A stretch of DNA of 64,000 nucleotides, from the NCBI GenBank assembly GCA_951406725.2, contig OX597840.1:24180001-24244000 (forward strand), given 5' to 3'. The notes beneath the pieces are model-generated. The model did no database searches. It was not told the origin of the DNA and saw nothing but the letters and a program-made list of their open reading frames with translations. Numbering within the stretch: position 1 is the stretch's first letter; each line of letters begins with the position of its first letter. Shown here piece by piece: positions 52,095 through 64,000 of the stretch. Position numbers and translations under genes: made by a program. Source of the DNA: Octopus vulgaris. Lineage: Eukaryota.

Positions 52095-52468
52095 TATATA
52101 CATATATAGACATATATATGTATATACATATATATGCACATACACACACAAAAAAGTTGGCGATTACAAAGGAATTTCACAAGAATCATATATATAGTGG
52201 AAGCTGCTTATTGTGATCATTTCCGTACAGCATTGGCCGACACCTAACAGATGACGTTAAACAAATATAAAGTCTGAACCAATTAATTTTGATAACAATA
52301 ACCGGCTGATAACGTTATCCGCTATTCCGATTGACCGCCACTCCATTCCTGCCCAGCCTACATCAATACACAACAAACTACGGCATTTTTATAAATCGCA
52401 GTATTTGCTATACAACATCTTTAATCAGATCGTATTCCTCTCCAATATATATACATATATATATAATA

Positions 52469-52575
52469 ACTTACCCCTGATGCTTAATAAATAAATAAAT
52501 ATTTATTTACTTTCGATTTCGTCTCCAAAGAATTGAGGAAACGTGACAAGCCGGAAGTAAGGTGCGTCATGTGAC
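52469..52575 (-). promoter_or_regulatory. Candidate promoter and non-coding exon 1 of G6
   Basis: Same conserved motif block. Confidence 0.55.
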
Positions 52576-53349
52576 TTAGACTCTTTAATATATGAAACCA
52601 CAAAGAGTGCTGCTGACACAAAAGCGAAACTAAGAAGGAAGGGGGAACGTAATATTGTTGTTGACTATCACCATGGTTACTGTCTAAGCGGAAGGCGCAT
52701 GGCTCGGTGGTTAGCGCATCGGGCTATCAATCGCGAGTTAGTGAGTTCGATTCCCTGGATCTTTTCGTTTTGACTGGCAGATTTTTTTAATAATTTCTTT
52801 GTAACTAAACACTTTTAAACTTAAGTACCAGTTACGCACTGGGGTCGGTGTAATCAACTTAATCCCTTTGTCTGTCCTTGTCTGTTCCCTCCTATCTTTT
52901 CGGTTTGAACAGCAGTTTTTAACATAATTTCTAGGTAACTAAACACTTTTAAACTTCGTATACTGGTAGAATTTGTTACATAAATCATCTTTTTCTCTTG
53001 GCTTTCTTGAGAAAATTCTGTAGTTTGTAAGCTACAATTATTCACCTCAATAGACGTCATTGATTGGTTGAAATTGCCGAAATGCAAGAAATTAAACAAC
53101 AAATAGCTTACAAGCTACAGAATTTTCTCAAGAAATCCAAGAGAAAAAGATGTTTTATAAACACATTCTACCAGTATACGAAGTTTAAAGAATAAGTCCT
53201 GGGGTCGATTTGATCGACTAAAGGCGGTGCTCCAGCATGGCCACAGTCACATGACTGAAACAAGTAACAGGGTAAAGAGAGATAGCTAGATAAACAGGTA
53301 GATAGATAGGTCGGTAGATAGATAGGTATGTAGGTAGGCAATTAGATAA

Positions 53350-53382
<33 letters not shown>

Positions 53383-53617
53383 TAGATAGATAGATGATAG
53401 ATAGAGAGAGACAGACAGACAGACAGATAGATAGAAGCAGTTCTTCCTTCGAAAAGGACGATTCTTTTCTTCAGCTTTAAAGCTTCCAACATGAATGTTG
53501 GTGGTGGTGGCCATGTTTATAGCAGTAAGGGTTGTCTTTACTTCTTTGTATCTTCTAAGGCCAGACTGGAAGGTTTCTGTGTGCGTTCAAGCGGAACAAC
53601 TTCCTTTTCAGACAGAT

Positions 53618-53987
53618 AGTGGAAGCACTCCGTCGGTTACGACGACGAAGGTTCCGGTTGATCCGAATCAACGGAACAGCCTGCTCGTGAAATTAACGTG
53701 TAAGTGGCTGAGCACTCCGCAGACACGTGTACCCTTAACGTAGTTCTCGGGGATATTCAGCGTGACACAGAGAGTGACAAGGCCGGCCTTTTGAAATACA
53801 GGTACAACAGAAACAGGAAGTAAGAGTGAGAGAAAGTTGTGGTGAAAGAGTACAGCAGGGATCACCACCATCCCCTGCCGGAGCCTCGTGGAGCTTTTAG
53901 GTATTTTCGCTCAATAAACACTCACAACGCCCGGTCTGGGAATCGAAACCGCGATACTATGACCGCGAGTCCGCTGCCCTAACCACT
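53618..53987 (-). mobile_element. Family-1 SINE with tail c, replacing the left half of the GGTACTAC MITE
   Basis: Minus strand AGTGGTTAGGGCAGCGGACTCGCGG...GGTTTCGATTCCCAGACCGGGCGTTG... with a distinct 3' part ending CGTCGTAACCGACGGAGTGCTTCCAC. Confidence 0.8.
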
Positions 53988-54899
53988 AAATAAAACACAA
54001 AAATACAAAGTAAATAATTTTAAAACTAAGTAAATAACACAAAAACACAAAGTAAGGATCGACTAGTCATGACTAGCTAGCGCGGTTGCACGAGTACGCG
54101 AGTGCGCGCACCAGGACCACTCTTCTCAAGTAGTACCGATAGATAGACAGACACAGATAGATAGGCACAGATATGCTATAGAAATAAACTTTGACGTACG
54201 CACCTTGAAGTTTTCCAGTGTTAAAACTTTCTTTGGAAGTTGCACGTCATCTTCAGCAGGTGCTTCGTGTGTGTGTGTGTGTAGGCAGAGTACGGCCGAA
54301 TGGTCAAGAAGATCCCTTAACAACCACGAGGTCCCTCGTTCTGTCCTACTGCGAGACACTTTGGGCAAATAACACTTTCTGCAGTGTCCAGTTGACCTGA
54401 ATGAAATCGGACAGAGGGGAAAGTGATGAACCCAGGAATTCCAAAGAGGTCAGCTTCGGGTCGCAGAGGTTCTTGTATGATCCCAGCGGAATCCTCGGCG
54501 ACTCACGGGAATTCCGGAGCAGGGGATTCAGTTGGTCTTACACCTGAATCCTCATCGGCGAACGACGGGGATCCACGATGTATAAAAATGTCTGTTTAGG
54601 TATAGATGGAAATGGTGAGGATATTAAGAAATAGTTAATAGCAAAATGTGGGAAGTAAAAAAATTGGAATGGGCAGTGAAAAGGAAAACGAAACAGTGAA
54701 AGAAATTATATAACTTTAAGTAATTTTTTTTAGTCCTTCCTTTTTTCTGAGTTGTGCGTTAGATATGAAATCATTCGTATCTAATTCCGGTCTCCTAATA
54801 ATTATCAGTTATGAAGTGGAATTGATCAAGGGATAAAGATTTGTATGAAACTATAGCAGGAAATAAACGGAATTTGCAAGACTGAACGGTTAATGGACG

Positions 54900-55548
54900 A
54901 GGGGAAGTAACTCTTCCTTCAACAAAAGCCCTGAATATTTTTATTTACCTTCGGGTTTAAATGACAATTAATTAATTCAACAAATTATTAGAAAGGATCA
55001 CTAAAGTACAGCCCCCAAAATTACTGCAGGGCTTGATGACCGCCTCAAGAACCCAGTCTCCACAAAAACTTTTTGCTGGGAGCTGCACAAAGCCAGATTT
55101 CAAGGGAGGGCTGCAATCAGAAAACCACTACTTTCAAAAACAAACGTTGCAAAGCGTTTAGAGTGGAGTAAAAACCTACAGAAATGATCCCAAGAGCAGT
55201 GGAAGAATGTTATTTTCTAGGACGAGTCATCCATTACTTTATTTCCGACCACCGGCCGAGTATACGTGTGAAGAGAGCCAAAAGAAGCATTTGACCCAGA
55301 CTGCCTTCTTCCAACTGTTAAACGCGGAGGAAGATCTGTAATGATCTGAGGAGCTATATCTTGGAAATCTGCCAGCCCAATGGTTCCCCTTCATGGCAGA
55401 ATTAATAGTCAAGACTATTTAAGCATTTTATCTGATCAAATTCATCCTATGGTTGTGGAACTGTTTGCAGAGGGAAACACAAGCTTTCAGGATGATAATG
55501 CACCAATTCACACGGCTAAAGTTGTCACTGAATGGCACGAGGAACATT
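54900..55548 (+). pseudogene. Tc1-like transposase relic, copy 5 (extra stops)
   Basis: Homology to other copies; W codons mutated to TGA at about 55186 and 55348. Confidence 0.9.
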
Positions 55549-56286
55549 CATCAACCGTTTCAAAGTAAACATTAGTCCTCGCTCTTTTTAACACAATAAC
55601 TTTGGGTATTTCATATACAGCAGATCTTTCCTTCTCCTATGTTTCCGACGAAGAGCTCCGCTCGAAACGTTAAACTATCCTTCATTCCTGAGCCTCCAAT
55701 AATACTATATTTGTTCCACGTCCACGCGTTGTTGTGTTTTTTTGTGCTTTCTTGTTTGGATTAACTATATATATATATATAACCGATTGTGGCCGCTGCC
55801 AGATTTCCCTGGCACCTGTGCTGGTGGCATGTAAAAAACACCCACTACACTCGTGGAGTGGTTGGCGTTAGGAAGGGCATCCAGCTGTAGAAACACTGCC
55901 AGATCAGACTGGGCCTGGTGCAGCCTCCTGGCTTCCCAGACCCCGGTCGAACCGTCCAACCCTTGTTAGCACGGAAAACGGACGTTAAACGATGATGATA
56001 TATATACAAATTAAAATCCAGGAAAAAGAGAAGTAGCATTAATATAGTTTATTCACTGCAAAAATTCAACATGTACACTTACAGCTGTTTCGATTTTGCT
56101 CAAAAGAAATTCCAATAATTAAAACATTTAATTGGGCAAAATCTCATCAGAGGAATGAAAAAGACATATCGTTAGGTTATCACATGTTATTCTTCCAAAA
56201 CATCTCAACAGACAAAAACTTTTTTTTAATTACTAATATTGGTATAAATCTTGGCCAGTGGGTAACAGGTTGTATAAGGGTAATAA

Positions 56287-56999
56287 TCTTTATATATATA
56301 AAACTGAGAATGTGTGTCTGTCTGTCTGTGTGTTTCCCTAAAAGTTGAGAACTACACAACCAATTTCATTCAAATTTTACACATGCCTTACTTAGGGTCC
56401 ATGTAGTTTCATGGGCAAAAAAAATGTTCAACTTCTTACCTAGAGCGAGCCCATAACAATATCATATCTTCTCCACTATTTCAGAATTACATGTTAAAAG
56501 TGAAACAAAAATATTTCTCTATTTTATGTCAGATGCTTTCACTTTAACAATAAAAATAATAATACCAATTGAATTATATGTAGTAAGTAATAATTAAAAT
56601 CAAACTAAAGTATAATATAATCGTAACATAAAAAAGTAAAAACTAGCAATTGGTATAAAATTGCATCAGTGATTTGAACTTGAATAAGTGGTTTCACATG
56701 AATGGGAATAAATTAAAAATATAATAAGCGTGCAGAAATGGAATAGTCCAGATGGATAATACAAAATTAAACTTAAAAAAGACTATTGTCTATAAAGTAT
56801 ACAATGTAGAGAAAAAAGAATAGCTAACAATTCCAGTCTGTTATATATTTTGAGTATTGTTATCACTAGTGATATCAAGATATAACTTTGTATTTTGCAT
56901 TTTATGTGTAGATGTATATAGATAGATGTACATGTAACATGTACACATATATACATGCACTAGCACTATGACCCGGCAACGACGGGTCTTTAATGCTAG
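56287..56999 (+). mobile_element. Non-autonomous Helitron (paralog of 33943-34657)
   Basis: TC...hairpin-CTAG termini. Confidence 0.85.
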
Positions 57000-58018
57000 T
57001 TGGTAAATAAATGGTAGATAGTGAGTTATATTTCTCACTATAATTATTTTATAATGTATCGATTTAATTATTTTGTAATTTATCTATATCAGTTCAATCA
57101 ATTTCTTTAACAAAGTTATAAATGTGATCACGTTGTTCTCTCATTCATATGATACTATTTTTACTATAACTCACTAACCTAACATTTATTTAATGCGGTT
57201 TCGATTCCCAGACCGGGCGTTGTGTGTGTTTATTGAGCGAAAACACCTAAAGCTCCAGCAGGCTCCGGCAGGGGGTGGTGGCGATCTCTGCTGTACTCTT
57301 TCTTCCTGCTTCTTGAGTAATGCTGCGATGGACTGGCGTCCTGTCCAGCTGGTGGTGTAACACATATCCCACAGAAACCGGGCCCATGAGCCTGGCTAGG
57401 TTTGTAAAGGGCGCATAAATAAATAAAAATAATAAATATACTGGCATTTAATAAAACTGTGTAAGAGAATAATTTACCACAACTCAATTGCAAGAAGCAC
57501 TTCCATCAAGTTAAGCTATTTATTCGAGAGAATGATTTAATAGAGGCGCAGGAGTGGCTGTGTGGTAAGTAGCTAGCTAACCAACCACATGGTTCCGGGT
57601 TCAGTCACACTGAGTGGCATCTTGGGCAAGTGTCTTCTGCTATAGCCCCGGGCCGACCAAAGCCTTGTGAGTGGATTTGGTAGACGGAAAATGAAAGAAG
57701 CCTGTCGTATATATGTATACATATATATGTATATATGTGCATGTGTTTGTGTCTATGTTTGTCCCCCTAGCATTGCTTGTCGATCGATGCTGGTGTGTTT
57801 ACGTCCCCGTCACTTAGTGGTTCAGCAAAATAGACCGATAGAATAAGTACTGGGCTTACAAAGAATAAGTCCTGGGGTTGATTTGCTCGACTAAAGGCGG
57901 TGCTCCAGCATGGCCGCAGTCAAATGACTGAAACAAGTAAAAGAGAGAGAGAGAGAGAGAGTAATAGAATTATCACAGTGTTATGGTTTCTTTCCTGCGT
58001 GGATATGTTTGTGAGTAG

Positions 58019-59173
58019 TTAAGTTACCTTTTGAGAGAAAGACTTCTCACATACATCACAGTGATAAGGCTTCTCTCCTGTGTGAATGTGTTTGTGAGAA
58101 ATTAAGGTATGGTTCTGAGAGAAGGATTTACCACAGATATCACACACGTATGGCTTCTCTCCTGTGTGAACACGTTTGTGTTTGATTAAGACATCGCTCT
58201 GTGAAAAAGACTTTCCACAGATATCGCAGTGATATGGCCTCCCTCCTGTATGAATACGTTTGTGTTTAGCTAAGTGATGATTTAAAGAGAATGATTTACC
58301 ACAGATATCGCAGTGATATGGTTTCTCTCCTGTATGAATACGTTTATGGTTAGTTAAAGCATTGCTCCGTGAAAACAATTTACCACAGATATCACAATGA
58401 TATGGTTTCTCTCCAGTATGAATACGTTTGTGTTTACTCAAGTGGTAACTTTGAGAAAAAGATTTACCGCAAATATTACAGGGATAGGGTTTCTCACCTG
58501 TATGAATGCGCTTATGAGTAATTAAATGATGATTCTGAGAGAATGATTTACCACAGATATCACACTGATAAGGTTTCTCTCCTGTGTGAATGTATTTGTG
58601 AGTAGTTAAGCTGTGATTCTGAGAGAATGATTTACCACAGATATCACAATGATACGGTTTCTCTCCTGTGTGAATGTAATTGTGAGTAGTTAAGTGGTGA
58701 TTATGAGAGAATGATTTACCACAGATATCACACTGATATTGTTTGTCTCCTGCATGAATACGTTTGTGAGTGGTTAGGTCGCTATTTCCAGAGAATGATT
58801 TACCACAGATATCGCAATGATGTGACTTAACCACAATGTGGATGCATTTGTGAATAGCTAAGCTATGATTCTGAGAGAATGATTTACCACAGGTGTTACA
58901 GCGATACGGCTCGACACCTGCGTGAATGTGTTTATGTGTGGTCAAACGAACCTTTTCAGAGAATGATTTACCACAGATGTCACAGCGATAGAGATCCTCT
59001 CCTGCAGGGAAACATTTGTGCATCGTCTGTTCATCTTTGAGAAAGAAGGACTTGTTGCAGACATCACAGTGAAATGATGTTTTCTCTTCTTCTTCTGTTT
59101 CGTCTTCAGTAAAATCAATCCTTAACGACTGTGTATTACAATTAACCTCATTATCACGTAATTCATTTTCCAT
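58019..59173 (-). CDS. Poly-C2H2 zinc-finger protein G7 (384 aa, about 13 finger units; paralog of G5, six fingers shorter). Last finger cut by a 1-bp homopolymer deletion; G5-equivalent stop at 57981
   Basis: ORF track. CCTTTTGAG versus CCTTTTTGAG in G5. Corrected length 1194 versus 1698 bp = 6 x 84. Confidence 0.88.
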   Translation of the reverse strand: MENELRDNEVNCNTQSLRIDFTEDETEEEEKTSFHCDVCNKSFFLKDEQTMHKCFPAGEDLYRCDICGKSFSEKVRLTTHKHIHAGVEPYRCNTCGKSFSQNHSLAIHKCIHIVVKSHHCDICGKSFSGNSDLTTHKRIHAGDKQYQCDICGKSFSHNHHLTTHNYIHTGEKPYHCDICGKSFSQNHSLTTHKYIHTGEKPYQCDICGKSFSQNHHLITHKRIHTGEKPYPCNICGKSFSQSYHLSKHKRIHTGEKPYHCDICGKLFSRSNALTNHKRIHTGEKPYHCDICGKSFSLNHHLAKHKRIHTGGRPYHCDICGKSFSQSDVLIKHKRVHTGEKPYVCDICGKSFSQNHTLISHKHIHTGEKPYHCDVCEKSFSQKVT

Positions 59174-60782
59174 TATTTTTCTTCTCTCAACACAAAGTTC
59201 AAATGTTTTTCTTTTTTTTTTCTTCTTTTTTTTTATATTCTATTCCCCAGTTAATTCTTTTGCTTGAAATGCTTAGCGGTATTTCGTCTGTCTTTCTGTT
59301 CTAAGTTCAAATTCCGACGGGGTCGATAAATAAAGTACCAGTTTCACACTAGGGTAGATATAATCAACTTAATCCCTTTGTCTGTCCTTATTTGTCCCCT
59401 CTATGTTTAGCCCCCTAGTGGGCAATAAAGAAATATATATTTCCATCAACTGTAATCATTGTCAATATCTGAGGGGGCTGCCAATTACTTTGCAATCCAG
59501 GTTTAATTAGAATACATGATTGGTTTTCTTGCACCCATTCCAGGCAGTAAAGTACAGAAATGCTGCTAATAATCACACACCCAAAGAAAATCTTTTACAA
59601 TTCTATAATCGATTTATATAAACAGGGTAATATTTCTTCTGTGTAGCATCTTAGTTTCATCTTAAACAATATATCATATATATTCATGATGTGTTCGATG
59701 TAAAATCTTCATTTATGCTAAATATCCTCTCTGATACTCTGAAATAAAAAAGAAATAATATGAGATATAGAATATACTTGAAAAGTAAAGATTAAATAAT
59801 GAAAATTTTATTACATTTTTATACTGATAAACTGGAGATACAAACCTTTAGCTGGCCAAATAAACGTTAACACGTCAGTCTGAGAAACAAACAAGGAGAT
59901 TATAAGGTAGTCATGGGATGTGCTAAAAATAATAGCTAAATAGCTCTTAAATCACGCAGCAATTTAAAAAATTTTGTTTTGGTTTTTGCACAATCCTATG
60001 AATTACAAATTCGCAAGAGTTTTCTAAAAATTCCCCAAAAGTTTTGAACCAACGAAGAACGTATAATTTACATCTGCTGTTTATTTGTTGAGCGAAGCGG
60101 TCTTCGTCCCAGAGCTCGCAAGAGGGAAGAAGTCGGAAACGGGGTCCTTTGCTATTCGTAAGACCCGCAGAAGAGAAAGCAGGTCAGCCCCCCTGACACC
60201 GAGAGCATCGAATGATGGATGAATCCGCATCCAGGCTTGGCGGTTGCGTAGGAAGTCGGGGGACAAGAAACAGGGAGAAAGAGTGAGAGAAAGTTGGGGC
60301 GAAAGAGTACAACAGGGGTTGCCACCACCCTCTGCTGGAGCATCGTGGAGCTTTAGGTGTTTTCGCTCAATATACACACACAACGCCCGGTCTGGGAATC
60401 GAAACCGCGATCCTCCAAACGCGAGTCTGCTGCCCTAACCACTGGGCCATTGCGCCTCCACTTACATCTGCTGTATATGAAATACCAGAGGTTATTGTGT
60501 TAAAAAGAGCAAGGACTAATGTTTACTTGGAAACGGTTGATGATGATGACATATATATTTATTGCCCACAAGGGGATAAACATAGAGGGGACAAACAAGG
60601 ACAGACACAGGGATTAAGTCGATTACATCGACCCAGTGCATAACTGGTACTTAATTTATCGACCCTGAAAGATGAAAGGCAAAGTCGACCTCAGTGGAAT
60701 TTGAACTCATAAAACGTAAAGACACATGCATTTCGCCCGTCGTGCTAATGTTGTTGCCAGCTCGCTACCTTTATATATATAT

Positions 60783-61957
60783 ATATTGTTATATTTCAGA
60801 ATGGTCATATTGCCAGTTTAGCCAATAAAAACACACGCACTATATATTTGGTGTTATTTTGCTTCAGTGATATTTATTTTTTACATTAATCTTAATCTTA
60901 TTTCGGCCAAATTTCTTTCGTCACACTCCTGTGACCGCATCAGTGGTCCTTTGTTTTCTTCTCACTTATTTGTGTCTCTCCTTACTAACAGTCAGCCATT
61001 TTGTATTTCTATTGTATGTCTTCATTTGCGCATGCTTATATCTCTATGTGCGTCTATGTTTAGTTAGTGTGTGTGTGTGGGGGGGATGCCTGTAATATTT
61101 GTATCTTCTGTTTATATACATTCTTGTAATTTGTATTTTGTTTTTGTTGTTGCTTTTGTTCTAATTTTGTTCATGTGTTTACATCCACCCATTATTATCA
61201 GTACACATGCTTGTATGTATGTATAACAACAATATTAGTAATAATAATAATAAATCTAATCGAAAAAAAAATATATATATATACACATACACACACATAT
61301 ACACATATACATACACATACATATATATACATACCTACATATATATATATATACATATATATACTTATACATTTCTATTTGTTTATTTATCTGTGTATTT
61401 ATTGTTTTCAGGATCCTCTATCGTCATATGTTGTGGTGTGTGCTATTGCTCCATTCTAGTTTTCTATTCAGGCTAGGTTTATTTTCTATTATATGTGTAG
61501 CTTCTGTAATTTGTCTAATTGTTGCATCTGTTCTATGTGTGGACAATATCTTAATCTCTATGTTATTGATTGATCTCCCGTGTGTATGTATGCGTATATA
61601 AAAAATGCAAATTACATGAATGCATATAAACAGAAGATACAAATATTACAGGCATCCACCCACATACACACACTAACTAAACATAGACGCACATAGAGAT
61701 ATACGCATGCGCAAATGAAGACATACAATAGAAATACAAAATGGCTGACTGTTAGTAAGGAGAGACACAAATAAGTGAGAAGAAAACAAACGACCACTGA
61801 TGCGGTCACAGGAGTTTGACGAAAGAACTTTGGCCGAAATAAGATTAAGATTAATGTAAAAAATAAATAACACTGAAGCAAAATAACACCAAATATATAG
61901 TGCGTGTGTTTTTATTGGCTAAACTAGCAATATGACCATTCCGAAATATAGCAATAT
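60783..61957. mobile_element. Second copy of the fold-back element (no SINE in the spacer)
   Basis: Arms at about 60783-61140 and 61600-61957. Confidence 0.9.
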
Positions 61958-63071
61958 CTGTTTCAACACACGACTTCACATAAAAAATCTTGCACAACAA
62001 ATATTTAAACATACATATATATATATATATATTGGTAAAACGGTAAGATAACAAAAGAAAGAAAGAAAGAGACCTCAATATTATGTAAATAGAGGAAATG
62101 TATCTATAAAATAATATGTTACATTTACTCAATAGTCAAGATAAAACTCTGAGTTTCAGATGCCGAAGTGGAAATCCACAACACCATCTCTTCGGTTATC
62201 TGGCCATCTGAAAAAACGCTATGAAAAAATACCGTTATATAAAGGGAAATTACTGTATTATAATTCTGCGCGCGAAAACCCACGTGCGTACTTATACGTC
62301 ACTATGGAAACGTACACATCTTCACTCGCATTTTTCGCCAAATATATACGCATATATATATACAACCTCATACACACACACATGCGTACCGTAAAAGTTC
62401 ATACATACGTCTATATACGCACAAACACAAGAAAAACCATGGTTAAAGGTAACAGAAAAAAAAACATAAGGAAGTATACAAAGCATAAAAACCACGTTCA
62501 TATACGGACAGGCCCCCTATGCACTCATACACACACACACGCCCATATATGTACATACCCGCACATATTTATATACGCATACATACACACGCATATACAA
62601 AAAATGAATATATATATGTCCCCCCCCCACCATAAAAATGGAAAAATACTAAGTTAAAACGTCTATATATATATATGTGCATTCTCATGCCCGCACACAC
62701 ATATATATAGACATATATATATATATATACATATATATGCACATACACGCACACAAAAGTTGGCGATTGCAAAGGAATTTCACAAGAATCATATATATAG
62801 TGGAAGCCGCTTATTGTGATCATTTCCGTACAGCATTGGCCAACACCTAACAGATGACGTTAAACAAATATAAAGTCCGAACCAATTAATTTTGATAACA
62901 ATAACCGGCTGATAACGTTATCCGCTATTCCGATTGACCGCCACTCCATTCCTGCCCAGCCTACATCAATACACAACAAACTACGGCATTTCTATAAATC
63001 GCAGTATTTGCTATACAACGTCTTCAATCAGATCGTATTCCTCTCCAATATATATACATATATATATAATA

Positions 63072-63178
63072 ACTTACCCCTGATGCTTAATAAATAAATA
63101 AATATTTATTTACTTTCGATTTCGTCTCCAAAGAATTGAGGAAACGTGACAAGCCGGAAGTAAGGTGCGCCATGTGAC
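63072..63178 (-). promoter_or_regulatory. Candidate promoter and non-coding exon 1 of G7 (E-box flank mutated to GCCATGTGAC)
   Basis: Same conserved motif block. Confidence 0.55.
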
Positions 63179-63817
63179 TTAGACTCTTTAATATATGAAA
63201 CCAAAAAGAGTGCTGCTGACACAAAAGCGAAACTAAGAAGGAAGGGGGAATGTAATATTGTTGTTGACTATCACCATGGTTACTGTCTAAGCGGAAGGCC
63301 CATGGCTCGGTGGTTAGCGCATCGGGCTATCAATCGCGAGGTAGTGAGTTCGATTCCCTGGATCTTTTCGCTGTTCCACGTTGCCAGCGGAATCCTCGGC
63401 GACTCACGGGAATTCCGGAGCAGGGGATTCAGTTGGTCTTACACCTGAATCCTCATCGGCGAACGACGGGGATCCACGATGTATAAAAATGTCTGTATAG
63501 GTATAGATGGAAATGGTGAGGATATTAAGAAATGCTTAATAGCAAAGCGTGGGAAATAAAAAAATTGGAATGGGCAGTGAAAAGGAAAACGAAACAGTGA
63601 AAGAAATTATATAACTTTGTTTAAGTAATTTTTTTTAGTCCTTCCTTTTTTCTGAGTTGTGCGTTAGATATGAAATTAGATATGAAATCATTCGTATCTA
63701 ATTCCGGTCTCCTAATAATTATCAGTTATAAAGTGGAATTGATCAAGGAATAAAGATTTGTATGAAACTATAGCAGGAAATAAACGGAATTTGCAAGACT
63801 GAACGGTTATTGGACGA

Positions 63818-64000
63818 GGGGAAGTAACTCTTCCTTCAACAAAAGTCCTGAATATTTTTATATAGTTTCGGGTTTAAATGACAATTAATTAATTCAACAA
63901 ATTGTTAGAAAGGATCACAAAAGTACAGCCCCCAAAATTACTGCAGGGCTTAATGATCGCCTCAAGAACCCAGTTTCCACAAAAACTTTTCGCTGGGAGC
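63818..64000 (+). pseudogene. Start of Tc1-like relic, copy 6 (runs off the window)
   Basis: IVRKDHKSTAPKITAGLNDRLKNPVSTKTF matches the other copies. Confidence 0.85.

Overview
Eukaryotic, AT-rich and repeat-dense DNA. It is most consistent with an Octopus-type (coleoid cephalopod) genome; this is inferred from the SINE types and gene family, not from a database search. The window is a head-to-tail tandem array of seven minus-strand paralogous poly-C2H2 zinc-finger genes: G1 1-1080 (runs off the window), G2 10333-12204, G3 19064-20680, G4 26855-29230, G5 35637-37334, G6 45585-47880 (frameshifted) and G7 57981-59173. Each has the same short acidic N-terminus ([17 protein letters not shown]), no KRAB, SCAN or ZAD domain, and about 13-27 repeats of an 84-bp finger in one coding exon. 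Repeat units are 8-11 kb, and G4+G5 recur as G6+G7, a higher-order dimer. Spacers carry shared fossils: a dead Tc1 transposase, tRNA-derived SINEs, non-autonomous Helitrons, MITEs and microsatellites. Five spacers also keep a candidate promoter and non-coding first exon. Points worth follow-up: finger shuffling and frame toggling between paralogs; loss of the candidate promoter in G1 and G4, with a solo-LTR-like insert upstream of G1; a composite Helitron that captured a mariner fragment; several families of minimal hammerhead-ribozyme-like motifs repeated in every unit; 78-bp inverted arms bracketing the promoter region in most units; long intronic fold-backs; and one SINE head joined to four different tails. 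All coordinates were read by eye and may be off by a few bases.
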